Program-made: the position numbers and the translations under genes
Shown here: positions 1 through 13,400 of the stretch, piece after piece
Numbering within the stretch: position 1 is the stretch's first letter
Layout: the number at the start of each line of letters is the position of its first letter
The notes under the pieces: model-generated
What the model saw: only the letters and a program-made list of their open reading frames with translations
Told to the model about the DNA's origin: nothing
Database searches by the model: none
Source of the DNA: Owenia fusiformis
Lineage: Eukaryota
Assembly: GCA_903813345.2 (NCBI GenBank)
Contig: CAIIXF020000001.1
Coordinates: 37,138,001 to 37,202,000 of the forward strand
DNA: 64,000 nt
Direction of reading: 5' to 3'

Positions 1-290
1 TACGGGTATAAAATGAATAGCCATGTTCGTCCTGTTCTTGCATTTAAACCCGTATCTCATATACCGAGTAAGATGTAATGGTAGGGGGGGGGGGGGGGGG
101 GGTAGAGGGTATTCTTGCAAGACTACAATAGTCCCTAAGAAACACGACAAGATATCTAAAATAGAATATTATATCCATGAAACTCCAAGCTTTAGTCATT
201 CAAAGAAACATCCTATGAAAGAAACTAAAAAGGGGCAGATGAAAAAATTAAAATCTTTTTTAAATTTTTTTTTTTGTTCATTTATGTATT

Positions 291-1160
291 GACGTGTTGC
301 AAAAAGCTCGCGCACGCATTGTTACACATTTTGTGGCGTAATCCAGAGGATCCTCGCTTTTAACATGATAGAATGTGACGTTTTTGAGAAAAATGTACAC
401 ACATGAAAATCCTTTCGTCCTCCACATTTACCTCTATATCTCAAAACATTTTAGACGAATAACTCTGATATCATATATATATTGTTAATGGGCTAGGAGC
501 ATCATAAAACACGAATCAATTGATATTTTAGGTGAAATAAATATACGTGTTGCTGTGCTTGAAAATAGGCGAATGGCGTAAATTAGCCCTATTTTAATGA
601 ATTCTGAAAACCTTTCGTCCTCCACTTTTCCACATACAGCAGAAAACTAGAGTTTAGGAGCAAAATAATCATGTATGATTTATTAAAAATTGATCTCGTA
701 TTTTTTGTTTAATGTACACCTGAAAAGTTGAAGGTACCAAAAAATGAGCAAAAAAGGTCGCTGTCAACAGATTCTATTTTTCAGACTCTATGACGTCACA
801 ATATGGGACGCTTACTAAAATTCATCCTTTGAAATAAAACTTCCATCTACCTTTATCAAGACGAAAAATAAGTATAATAGTCATATATTGTTTAAGTTAT
901 GAGCGTTTAAAGACGAAAAATAATTCAAAATGTAACGTGTCAACATGGGATATTTGCCAGATGTTTTGGTAAAAAACTCTTTTTTAAAAACGAACGCGCA
1001 AAAAATGTGAACGGAGTGTAGTTGATCTAAAATCTTCATCGAAACAGCTTTAAAATGATATATAACTTTAATTAGAATATTATCTTATAATCCGGGGAAT
1101 CAAAGTTACATTCACGCGATACCCTTAAAAAACAAATGCGCCACCTTTTTGCGACACGTC
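291..1160. mobile_element. Non-autonomous DNA transposon (MITE), 870 bp, copy 1
   Basis: TIR GACGTGTTGCAAAAAG / CTTTTTGCGACACGTC, flanked by ATT on both sides; near-identical to 30771-31680 except for a ~40 bp indel. Confidence 0.85.
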
Positions 1161-2053
1161 ATTTCATTTCAAAAATAGTAAAAACACCTTTAAAAAACGG
1201 AACAATGTTCAAATTCACACGAATTTTTTCAAGATTAAGATTTAAGCTGATACATATATAATCCATTGATTTGATTTCATGATCATTGATCACAATTTTC
1301 ACAAAGTTTCACAATTGTAATTCGAAATCATCATCAAGTACATTTCTTGGCAGTTAACAATCAATAATTCTTAAGAGAAGGGACGCTTAAGTTATAGTTA
1401 TTTAAATGGTTATACAATAAAAAAGTATGCACACCGTGATGCATAATTGGTCACAAATCATTTATCTGTATTAATCACTACAGGTTCTAGGTGTACATGT
1501 AGAGCATGACTACCTTTAATGAGACGACATACATAACATTAATGGACATCCTAAGGCAGAAACACGATACCACCATTACATAAAATTACGCTAATAGTAT
1601 TCTAATTAATAATAAAAAGTATTATATCATCAAATAACTATCATATACTAATGCCTTTACTGTTTTTTTATCACATGGCAATATTTCACCATATAATGCT
1701 TTGATAAATCCTCTAGTTCCTACGATATTAGTCAATTTAACGATGACATTTTAAGTTTGAACAAAGTCTGCTTTGCAATGTCATTTTTGTAGAAAATTTT
1801 TCATCCCTCTATAGTCAAAGTCACTGCCCCTCAGCTTGCTGGCGTTAACCGCATTTAACGTAATCAAATTGGTAGACAAAATTTGAAAACATTCGCTAGT
1901 AGTACACGGTGCACATCGAGTAAACGCACACTTGTAAACAACTGTTCAGACATCCTGAACATCTTAAGAATTTTATCCGCCATTTTGAGTACGTTTACTC
2001 CTGTTAGCATAACATCTATCTGTGATAACTATGTCTGGTTCCCAAGGCGACGA

Positions 2054-5000
2054 CTAAGTATTGACATAAACGTTCTGTTCTCCACACAATCTGCCACCAA
2101 TTGATACAAGTGTTTCTCTTAGTTTTGAAAAATCTGGGGTAAACACATTCTCCTTTATCCCCCCTGCTATTCCGAGCCATTCGTCCTCTCCCACTATAGA
2201 ACCATCAGACTGAGGTAGACCGATCGTTAATACCTCGGTTCCCATTGCCCGCAATGCGTCTGCATTTTTAAACGTTTTAGCCTGTTTTCCTGAAGTGCGA
2301 AATGCATATTTCAAGTATGCAATACGTGTATTAAACTTCGCTAATCAGAGATGAAAGCGAATTGGGTAAAATTTGATCAATCAAACGATTCCTTAAGATT
2401 TGAATTACAAACTTTAATCAACCAAACTTAACAATACAAGTTGTTTACCTGGCGGAACTGTTTTCCCATCGGTCATGACAATTGCCCAATTCTTAGCAGC
2501 AGGACGTTCCCCATGATCTTGTGTGAAGTAAATGTTTTTCATCACATCAAGTGCAGTGAATGTGTTAGTCTTGCATCCCACCTCTGTTAAATTCATGTTT
2601 TCTATCATATTCAATAATTTCCCGTCGTCCTTTCCATCGGCCAAGTAGGCAGTGTGTTGGTAGCCCTGGTTGAATGTCAAAGCACCCACAAGTACCCCGT
2701 CCTGGAGGTTGTCATCGATGTTGAAAGCTCTGGTGACTTCAGTCATGAAGGTGCGGAGATGGTCTTTGTCAATATCAGCGACCGAGCAAGACGTATCAAC
2801 AGCAAACACAATGTCAATTGGAGAAGGGCATTCGATCCTTGTAGCTGAAACACGAGCGAAGTTGACTTAGTTTAAGAACATATGATGGCAATGAAATGGC
2901 GACATATTGGATGCCAAAAGAATTTCTAACGTGATCAAATGAGCTATAACTTGCAAAAGGGATCACTTTTGTAATATCCAAACAGACGAGCTTCAAATGT
3001 ACTTATGACGTGCACGGGAAATGCGGGCTTATCTCAGCTTTGAACGTTAATCTCTGCCTTATTTAAAAATCCAACTATGTGTTTTACATATCATTTTGAA
3101 GTATTTTTTATTCGCATTTCAATGAAATTATTTTTCCTTCAAAATTTTGATGGGATTCAACACATTTTTAAAGTTAAATATACTCCGACATCGTCAAATA
3201 CGCTGTAAGACGTAACACTTTACGCTTACAGGGCTCGTTGAAATTGAGATAACTTTTGAAATAATGATCAAAATCCCACTTAAATTTCACAATTTATTCA
3301 ATGGAACATTTGCATTTATGACGTCACAATTGCTTAACGGCTACATTTCAAATTATCTTATACGAACGCTTTTAAAATTTTCAAAATTGTGTAAGGTTTT
3401 GAAGGCGAATGGGACGAGCAATAAGTTTACCTTCATTTAACCTTCTAATTTAGGTCTGATTTGAAAGAAAATTTAACTGCACAATATTGTCATGGCGAAA
3501 TTTACAAAACAATAACCGGTTTGTTTATTTTGCAAATAATATCAAAATAAGAGCTGGTTTTCGAGACTTGAAAAAATGTGACGCATCGATTTTTTACCAC
3601 AAATTCCATACATATCAATTTTTACTAACGCCCCAAGTGGATTTCTTGACCGTTTTTAAAATTCAAAAACATTTTAGAAATATTGTCCTCGAGATCTTGC
3701 TACCCTGTAAATTTTGTAATGATTAGATAAGGATAAAGTATTTTATTTTTAGGTTGACTAAACTTGTAAAAAATGTGACGCTTGTCGTTTTTGACGTTGT
3801 AAGGCTGTTTGCGCCCTATACTGCTCATTGTTTTGTTTTGTTTTTTGACGCCATAATGTTACGCTAATTGTCCCCAGTTTCGTGCGACGTGTAACTAGAT
3901 CTTTTGGAGCCACATAGAACAAAGACCCAAAGAAGTTGCTGAAATTCGTGAAAGAAGTCGAGAGGCGGACTTACGTGGTTGACAAGTCTTTGCTGTACAT
4001 TCCAAACCTCTGCAGCAATCATCGCTACCAGAACACATCACTCCCCTTTCTGCGCAACCTACAACACGAACACAAAGCTGCTTTGATTGAATCGGTTATG
4101 ATCACAATATAAAAGAAGATAGAGATACATTTAAACATATGAGGTATCTATTTTTAATGAAAGTGTATGGATATCCAGTGTGCAAATGTCAAAATACCAG
4201 TGTCAAATTCAAAATATAAACTATACTGAGAACAGATTGTTATTGGTTCATGAAGTAGAGTGATGGAAATTAATAGAACAGAAGTTTATGCATCTAACTA
4301 CCGAAAAACATCTTTTGATAGAACTTTTGACACATTCGCCCTTCACCCACTCCACTTGACAACCGGAAATTCCCTTCTGGATAAAGTATTTAAACCCTTA
4401 AAACGATCAAAGGAGTACGTAGGTTATCGCAAACAATTTCAGAAGGTTATGTCTTGGATTATGACTATTTTCTGACAATGAAGACAGGTTTATCTTTTAG
4501 ATCAATTCATTATCTCAAAGAAAATTATATACAGTAATAATAAAGTCAAACAAACTCAGAGATATTTAACTAGCAATCAACCCATCAACACACTTTTTCA
4601 AAGATGTTGACCCAATTTTCACCAAAAATGCAATCATTTTTTAATACATTACTATTCTTTATTTTGATGTATCAAATAGTTCTTGAAAGAAAAACTTAAT
4701 TGCTTTAAGATAAGTGTTCCCCATGTTATTTCTCCATTGAAAAATCTCATGCTATCCATTGGTTTCAGTACATTTTGGTCATCCAAATTCAGTATCTCTA
4801 AAGTCCCTGGAGCAATCAACTTTTCCTTTTAGGAAATCGAACATGTCTCAAAGCACATTCTAATTATGCATTCAACAATATAATAAAAGGTTGCATTTTT
4901 GGTGAAAGTTAGGTCAACATTCTTGAAAAAGTATGTTGATTGGGCCATTGCGGCCTTCAATATCACTTAGGTCTGATTAATTAGATTATCATTATATATA

Positions 5001-8000
5001 CTTTTCTTGAAGATAATGAATGAATCTAAAAGATACACACATGTGCATGATCAGAAAATATTCATAATTCGTTAGATCAACGGACATTGCAATTAAAGAG
5101 TGATAGGTGATATGTTCTATACAAACATACAAGTGGCCTCTCTGGAGCACTGTAACTGGGTGACATCATTACAACAATCAAGTTGTTTCGCACTGCTAGG
5201 TCCACACTTTTCTTTCAAAGATGCACATTCTTCTACGCCTGAAACATCAAATAAAACAAGTGAGTTAAAAATGACAAAACCTAAATTACGCCAAACGTGA
5301 CAATGCTAATTGTTGCTGTATGATGCATCCATGTAAATGTATATAGTAACTGGGCAACTTCTTCAATTCTCGATAACTTTTCATAACATTTCACATGATA
5401 AACTTCAAAGCATTCTTATCATACACAATATCATACAGAATCTGGCCATATTTAAAAAAAATTAATTGAAAATTATAAATATGAGTTAAACGAAATATTT
5501 TCTATGTTAGAAATGGTTTAAAAGATCTAGTGCACTCTCCATTATGATTTCCCCATGAACAAAATGAATCATGTGTAGGTGTTACATAAAGAATACAATG
5601 TCACATAATACTTTGGAAAATATTTAAGCATTTGGAACCACATTGGCTGAGGTTGAGGTCATTAAGTTCAGCAAGGATGTATTGACTTGATATTGGATGT
5701 GCTCCATTGACTTAACATGTGGATATCATCAGATTCCAATGGACGCCATTGATTTTTATTGATTTTCACAAAAATATCTAAATTACACTATGACCTGAAT
5801 CGAATGCAAATTAAATAATTTCACAATATGACACAAATGGTATTTCACATCAGATGTGCAAATATAAAGTTTGCAATCGATTTAGGTCATACTTCAAATT
5901 AAAAGATTGTACATTTTCCCCTAATTTTTTTCCTACAAAATGGCTATAGAAAAATGCTTCAAAAGCAACTTTTACACTTATGAAATGCCACAACTTTGTC
6001 GATCCAAAGATTATACTGTTTCATTAATTAAAAACATATTTGGATAAGATGAAGGGATGTGTTGGCTGCAAATTTGATTTTGACAGACACAAAAATACTT
6101 CCTGGTTTGGAATCTATGCCTCTACACTAAGCCTTCATGATTGAATTATGACCATAATAAGTGGCCCATACATCAATACAGTACTCCATATAGGTCAACA
6201 AGATACTAATGTGCATACAAATGTAATGATAAAAGCAGTATACCAGTATACTCATTTTGAAAAATCAGATGAACAATTTTTTTTCATGGGGAGATCATTA
6301 TGGAGAGCGCACTACTTCCTTTTATCCTTTGAAACTGTAAATTGAGTCACAAATCAGAAATATTGAATTCAAGATAATGTCTCACGTGAGCAAGTCTTGG
6401 GTTCTTCTGGGTTGTTCTCATCTATTTTGCAGACGACATCATTTTGGTCTTCACAGCAATCACTATTTTCCTCGCATTCTCCTCCCTCAGTAACACAACC
6501 TAAATTGAATGATGAAAACATACTACTTGTAGATGGGAAACGTACAATTATTCCTGCATTGTTTTGTCTTAGACACAAGATCACATTTTATTAACATAGA
6601 ATATTTATTGAGTACATTCACACCCCTGGGGTACAAGAAAGTGTAGTACATAAAAAGAATATATATGATTTAACACTAGACTACTATATACTACATATAA
6701 TATATGCCTAACTGATATTTCAAATACGGACCAAGCAGATTCAACAAAATTGTGTGGAATATTTATGTAATTTATGATTGGGAAAATATTAGTTTTCTTA
6801 CTATTTAAAAGATTTATTACAAGAATTTATCCATATTATCGCAAGGGGTCAAACTCCAAATTATTGTTCATGTTTTATAAAACATAATACAATAACAAAT
6901 AGGTAAGAATTATATCTAATTAAACGTTGCAGAGGTATTGGAATGTTCATATATTCCAAGGGCATGTCTAATAATCCATTTGAGTCTTATGCAATCGAAC
7001 GCCTTACAATTCTTATTCGACGTTACTGCTGGCTATCATTAAGTGTTCTGATGGCTGATTTTTCTTTGACCTTACTGCTGGATATAATTAAATTTTAGTA
7101 CGATAATGATAACGATTTTCTCAGTTATTCATGAATTCGACCAAGTCTTTAAGGTTGTTTATAAGCAACTGAGCAATATCTTATTACAAGAAATAGAATT
7201 TTAGCTGTTGTCGCAATTTATCAAGGAAGAGCAATAGGCCCTCCTTTATTGAAAATGTTCGCCACGGAATATCAGTCCATATCTCAAAACGTATTGAGAC
7301 CCATTTTGTGAAAAACGAGCATAATTTGAACATTTGTCATTCTAATATAAACGTGATTCATTTGTACCATTTATCTATATTTTTTGGTATTTTTTTACCT
7401 CTGCTAATGACAGGCATAATTCAGCCTAAAAGCCAAAAGTATATTAAACGGTTATAATATAAATTATCAGGGAACATATGTAGTTATGTTAATATTAGGT
7501 CAAACATCGCTGCGCTATAGTGTGTTACCAGCTCCTTTATTAGACGTCCTAGAGATTTCAAACCATGGACTAACTTGTGTTGTATATACAAGAAGCATAT
7601 TACTAACATGTTTTCCCAGGTCCACATTTTAGATTCAGTATGATATTGGTGTCGATTGGATCTCTCTTACAACATTCTTGATTCGTTACGTGATTACCAA
7701 GACAACCCTCGCCTAGCACAGGGCACACGAAATCTGGAATGGTTTCAGATACAAACAACTCTATCCATTTAAAACATCAAACCCATTCTGATTCATCAAC
7801 CTATCTTTATCTAAAGCTTGTGATAAAGAGAGATTCTGATAAATCAGAATGAATTTGAGGTATTTTATGGGATAGTAGAGACTCTGGATTCCAAAATGTC
7901 TCGAAAGCTAAGTTCACACCAATGGCGCTTTGATGGCGTTTTAAAGCGCCGTGCAAAGCGACTTTGTGATATGGAGAATCAAAGTAAATAATAAAGGAAA

Positions 8001-9783
8001 TGAAATGAAGGAAATCTAGAGTAAGTCAATAAATGCCTTCGATATAACAAATAAGACAATAATTTGAAAATGGTTCAAAGCATAGTAAATAGTACTAGTA
8101 GTTTCAAAATCAAAAAGGTGAAATATTTATTTATGATTGAACATGCATATTAAAAATGAAGAGAACATATTTTTCAATTGGCTAACAGTGCAAAAAAGTA
8201 TTTATGGCCTACCCTCTAGAGGCCTACATATCCCTTTGTTATCACACTGCAAATCCCCACAACATTTTCCGCCACCTGGACATCTTCCTTGGCCCTCTTT
8301 TAGACATGGCCTAGGTGTGGTAGGCGTAGTTGACCTTGGTGTAGGCTTAGGCGGCGTCGGTTCACCCTCTACACGAATAATTTGTTTGTTTAATTGAACG
8401 TTATGTAAAGCTAAGTTCACACCAACGGCGCTTTAAAGCGACGTGCAAAGCCTTTTTGTACGCCGCTTTAAAGCGCCGTTGTTGTGAACTTAGCTTTAGA
8501 TAAGGAATGAAGTGGAGTGATCCTTTGAACAGGAACACATTGCATGGATGAAACTCAACCGAAATGTAGACATTCTATGCAGAAGTGCGCTGCTATTATT
8601 GAATGATAATTACACAATTGTAACAGTGTGTAAAATTATATACCTATCAGAATACACTGGTCGTCACTTTTGACGTTTCAAACTTTAATATTAAATATTT
8701 ACTTGCATATACAAGACTTTCCAGTATTATATTTACTGTAGCATATACAATACTTTAATTTGAATATTGTCAGATATATAAATTTGACCTACTTTTTCTT
8801 TCCAAGACAGTCTGATAGCACTCAGTAGAAAATGCATTCCTACACAGATTAAGTTTTGTTCTTTTATGAGAATAGTATTTCCTGTAGAATTTAGGTACCG
8901 AGGCCCCAAATGCACACGTCCTTAGTTCCCAAAGCCTCCTACTGGTACAGTAGTAGTATATACAGGAGTCCTCTCGATCAGAAACGCGTGTTCCGGAATC
9001 CTCGAAATTGCAATCTAAGAAATACATGTCGTTTTGTAATACTGAATCTCAGCATCATGTATTGTTGTGTACATGTTCTATTTACTTTTGCTAAAAAAAC
9101 TAATTTAGTCTTATGCCCTAAATAAATCAGGACTGCTCTGTTCAGATATCATCAAAAGAATTGACCACTTGGCCCTGACAAAGATTTCTAAAAATAAATT
9201 CATTTCTGTCCGACCTGCTAAGTTGGAATCCTTCTATAAATGTTTATGTTTGTGACAAATATTTTCCTTGAGTTGAATGATAATTTCAGAAAGCTTTTAA
9301 AGTTAAACCATGTGTAACTGACAATTTTCATTATATGCAATTTTCGAGGCTAAGATATTTTAGATATTGTTTATGCAATAAAGTAGTATTTCTTGAATAT
9401 GCACCCTGTTAGTATTCCTTGTGTTATCAATGATCTCATACTACGCACGCGTTATAACCAGAATTTCCAGAATATCTAGTAAAGCTAAGTTCACACCAAC
9501 GGCGCTTTGATGGCGCTTTAAAGCGGCGTGCAAAGCTGCTTTTGCACGGCACTTTAAAGCCTCCATCAAAGCGCCGTTGGTGTGCCAGTAAATCTTCATG
9601 GGCATTCAACCCAAGCCGAACCATATGTACTGCATCGTGGCGATTATTGGAAATAAATATTTTATAAGTATATATTTGTATGGATCCCAAGAGACACTTA
9701 CCAATTGAAGGTCTTCCTGCAGTAACAAAACTGCTGAAAAAATACACAACTGAAACACAACTTATTGCACTGGATATAAACAT
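2054..9783 (-). CDS. Gene C: secreted modular protein (signal peptide, chitin-binding-like domain, 5 knottin-like modules, C-terminal vWA), 9 coding exons, ~507 aa
   Basis: GT-AG exons read by eye: 9783-9702 (MFISSAISCVSVVYFFSSFVTAGRPSI, signal peptide), 9014-8793 (6-Cys domain), 8368-8213 (PT-rich linker + CLKEGQGRCPGGGKCCGDLQCDNKGIC), 7733-7608, 6499-6386, 5238-5131, 4058-3975 (all knottin-like), 2844-2449 and 2289-2054 (vWA: DIVFAVDTSCS...KTNT...VMTDG). All introns are phase 1, internal exons are multiples of 3, and the total of 1524 nt is an open frame. Confidence 0.85.
4455..5070. mobile_element. Degenerate palindromic (foldback) MITE in an intron of gene C
   Basis: Imperfect inverted arms (ttttagatcaattcattatctcaaagaaaa vs ttttcttgaagataatgaatgaatctaaaa; gttgacccaattttcaccaaaaatgcaa vs ttgcatttttggtgaaagttaggtcaac). 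A related fragment lies at ~24045-24160. Confidence 0.6.
8409..8495. mobile_element. Mini hairpin MITE (AGCTAAGTTCACAC...GTGAACTTAGCT), Harbinger/Tourist-like
   Basis: Near-perfect ~87 bp hairpin flanked by TAA/TTA. Partial copies at ~7905-7968, 9482-9583, 62117-62180 and 62952-63010. Confidence 0.65.
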
Positions 9784-10497
9784 TTTAAATGCACCAGCAG
9801 AAACGTCGTCCAGATATCAATGTCCTCCTTCTGGTGGGTCCTCGGTGAGTTCCTCTCGAGTTGAGTTTTATCTTAAATGGAAAATACTGGGGATGTCATT
9901 AGAATTCTAATGTGATTATTCTTTAGCAATCCCGCTAATTAAATATAAATAAACACATATTATTTATGAATTTTTAATTCTTCACTTCAAGGGCTATTGT
10001 ATTCATTTGAAAAGATGTTAAGTGAGCCATTGTATTTAATTATTATCAAATGGATTAGTGAGGAATGATAAAATTGATCATACGATATCTTATAAACAAT
10101 TCTATGATTACAAATAATGTTCATTATTAATTGATGATGGATAATTATAGAATTTTAAGAAGTACTATTTTATGTAAACTATTTTACATTTTGTCGTATT
10201 CCAGTGAATGTCCTGTGAAACTGTAGCATGTTTGCCAAGATATTCCTTAGCTTCAGATTGTATTCATATCAATTACTAAAATCTAAAAACGAGAACAACG
10301 ATGATATCTAAGTAAAACAATGAACAAATAACCCGGGCGCAAGGCTAGCTAAAGTTGAATGTTGCAGCTACAGGGCACTCTGCCTTTGAAAATAATAAAG
10401 AATGAATATGCAAATGTTTCAATAAAATATAATTAATTTATTGTTACAGTTCTTTACACACCCACTTCGACAAGATATTCAATAAAATGGATTTAAA

Positions 10498-13400
10498 TTA
10501 TTGATTTGTTTTAACGCCATCTGGTCCACATAAAGCCTTTCCAATAGCTTCTAATGCAAGTCTGAGCTCCAAAAACTTAAAACTGTACACATTTGGTAAA
10601 CCTGGATAACCGCCTACAATGTGTATGAACTCATCAAAGCCTACAAATTTTGGAGCACAATTGGGTTTATTCTTCTTGCATTTTTGTGGTAAGCCAACAA
10701 TAAGGATTTCAGCCTTTTTCCGGAGATCATCCGAGTTCTTCAACGTGTCATTCTTTTTATCTGAAAGCAAAAGCAGATACGATTGAATGCAAGTAATTTT
10801 AACATCAGCGGGTGACCTCCGCTAAGAGAGGGAAACATATGCACTGTGTTCATCATCCCCTCAAAGATAGATAGCAACGATTTAATGAGGCAAATACTGC
10901 AAATAATTCAGGTATTTTGACGATGTACTTACGATCTGGTTTTGTTGCGCCATCTGATACCAGTACGACTGTGTTCTTTACGTTTGGCCGATCCCCTTTT
11001 TCAGCAGTGAAAAATTCTGTTTCTATCATTTTTAACGCATCAAACGTGTGAGTGCTGCAAAGTTTATCATTTGCAAGATTCAGTTCCATGTGTTCTATTG
11101 TAGTTATTACTTTTTCAGGATTGCTCGCATCATTTAAGTAAGTTACGGGCGTCGTTTCTGAGTTAAATGTCAATGCACCGATTTGAAATCCACGATTCGG
11201 GTCTGTTGTTAGCTCAACCGCTCTAGCCATTTCTGCCATAAATGTTCGCATGGTCTCCTTGTTATTCGGGATAATGGAGCACGATGTGTCAACTGCGAAG
11301 ACAATATCGACTGGTTCTTTACATACAAAGGAGATAGCTGAAAATGATCGTGAAGTATGATCACAATTTGTCGCCAAAATAGTGAATTATCATCCATCAA
11401 TTTTCAAAATTCTGTTTGAAACAGAAAGCCTGGGTATGAGTATCTATAAAATCAGATATCGAAAAACTTACGAGGTTCACATTTCTTTCGAGTGGTACAT
11501 ATCAAACCGATACAACAGTCAGTATCATTAGAACAGCCCCCTTGCTTCTCTACACAACCTATTGAATTGGATCAGCATGTACAATTGTGGTCTGGTAACA
11601 TTTCGTTGGTTGCACTTTCATGATGTCATTATTATCCTCGTCAATTAAAAATCTACTCACAGGTTGATGCCCTGGAACATTTTAGATTGTTGGTTTCGCA
11701 ACATGGCAGTGCACCATTTCCAGCGTTTTCTCCACGATGACATTGCTCATGCAAATCCGCGCATTCTTCTTCTTCAGCCTCGTCTGTCCATGTTGCAATG
11801 AACGACATAGTATGAAAATGATATTTGAATGCAAAAAGTCGAACCCAGTAGACCAATCTTAGCATGATTTTGAAAGGTGGTAGCTATATTGCCATTGAAT
11901 ATCAAGTTAGAAACTAACTACGTATAAGGAAATTATCTCAATAAGAGACAACCATATGAAATAACTTGTTCAAATGCAAATATACAAATAATCAGACTGC
12001 TAAAATTGATTCATATAGTAAGGCAACATGCAATAACTGTCGCGACACTTCTTATTAAAACACGAAAGTTGTACCTGTACAGACGGGGGGAATGTTAGTC
12101 CAACCATCCTCCGTGCATTGAATTTCTTCAGCGCCCTTCAACTCATATCCGTTATCGCAATCAAACCCAACAGAACTTCCGCAGACGTCAGGTCCTTGAC
12201 TAGGATCACGCTCTCCATTGTCAGGCGCCTCCACTTCGTCGCACACTATTTCTAAATGCGCGAAGTGGATTTTTGAATACCAACGATTAACAGATAAACC
12301 GAAATTGATATTTATTCGCGATGATGCTAGTTACCATGCCTTTTTACTGTTTCTTAGAGATAGTTATTGGTTAAATAATCACAGTGTAAAGTAACACTTC
12401 ACTTCATTACCTTTACATCTCGGGATTTTGGGATTGATTGTCCCATCTGGCATACACTCCACGAATTCACCACTTCCATCACTTGTATCCAATGAATAAC
12501 AAGGATCTGAACTAGAATTAAGCAAAACTATAACCATTATTCATCCGAACAACATCTTGTAAAATGGTGTCCCTTTATTTCTTTGATTTCAAACTTTCTG
12601 TTTGTTTACATGTGTTTGATGCAGACTTACAGATGTCTACTTACTTGAAATAAACCCTTTCTCCCACTTTGAATCTTCCATTGTCATTATTTGCACTCCT
12701 TGAGGTAATGCCACAATTTGGAGATGGCATCGGGTATGGGCAATTAATTGCTAAAGCATAAGTAAAGGTAGTCTTAAATAATACAAAAACAAAATCATAT
12801 TTCACAATCTTGTGTGTGATTAAATTGGCCCATTTTTTATTGGATTCTCTCTCAGAAAATATACTAGCAAGTAACGATTCCATTTAGCGATCTTACGGAT
12901 GGACCATAGGCAATTTGACAAAAAATGATCAAATCACAAATTGAAGAGAATATAATTATATAATATATGTTATGTTATTTATGTTATATTTTATTTATGT
13001 CTCACGCCATTTAAAATACATACAATTATAAAACAATAATATTAAAATCGTCTGGCCCGGCCGGTGTCGACCTATGAGAGACTAGATTCAGTATGACTAT
13101 ATAAAAGGTTAAATTATCACAGTAGAGTACGTCTTTTTAAAATCATTTTTATAAGTGTTTTGGATAGTGTCCTTTGTAGGCTCTGTGTTGACATAATATT
13201 GCAAAATTGTTGAATATGGTTAAGCTGGTGAAAGTCAGGAATTTCCTTAACACAATCTAAAAACAATGGAGTTCTCAGTTCTTCATAACTATTGCACTGT
13301 AAAAGAAAATGAAACTCGTCCTCAACAGTTAAATTATCACAGTGACATCGGCGATCCTGGAGTGGGGTATTGTTATATCGTCCAGTTTCGATCTTCAATT

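Noticed and set aside
23..292. 89-aa ORF with poly-Gly
   Set aside because: It arises from a poly-G run and T-rich low-complexity sequence.
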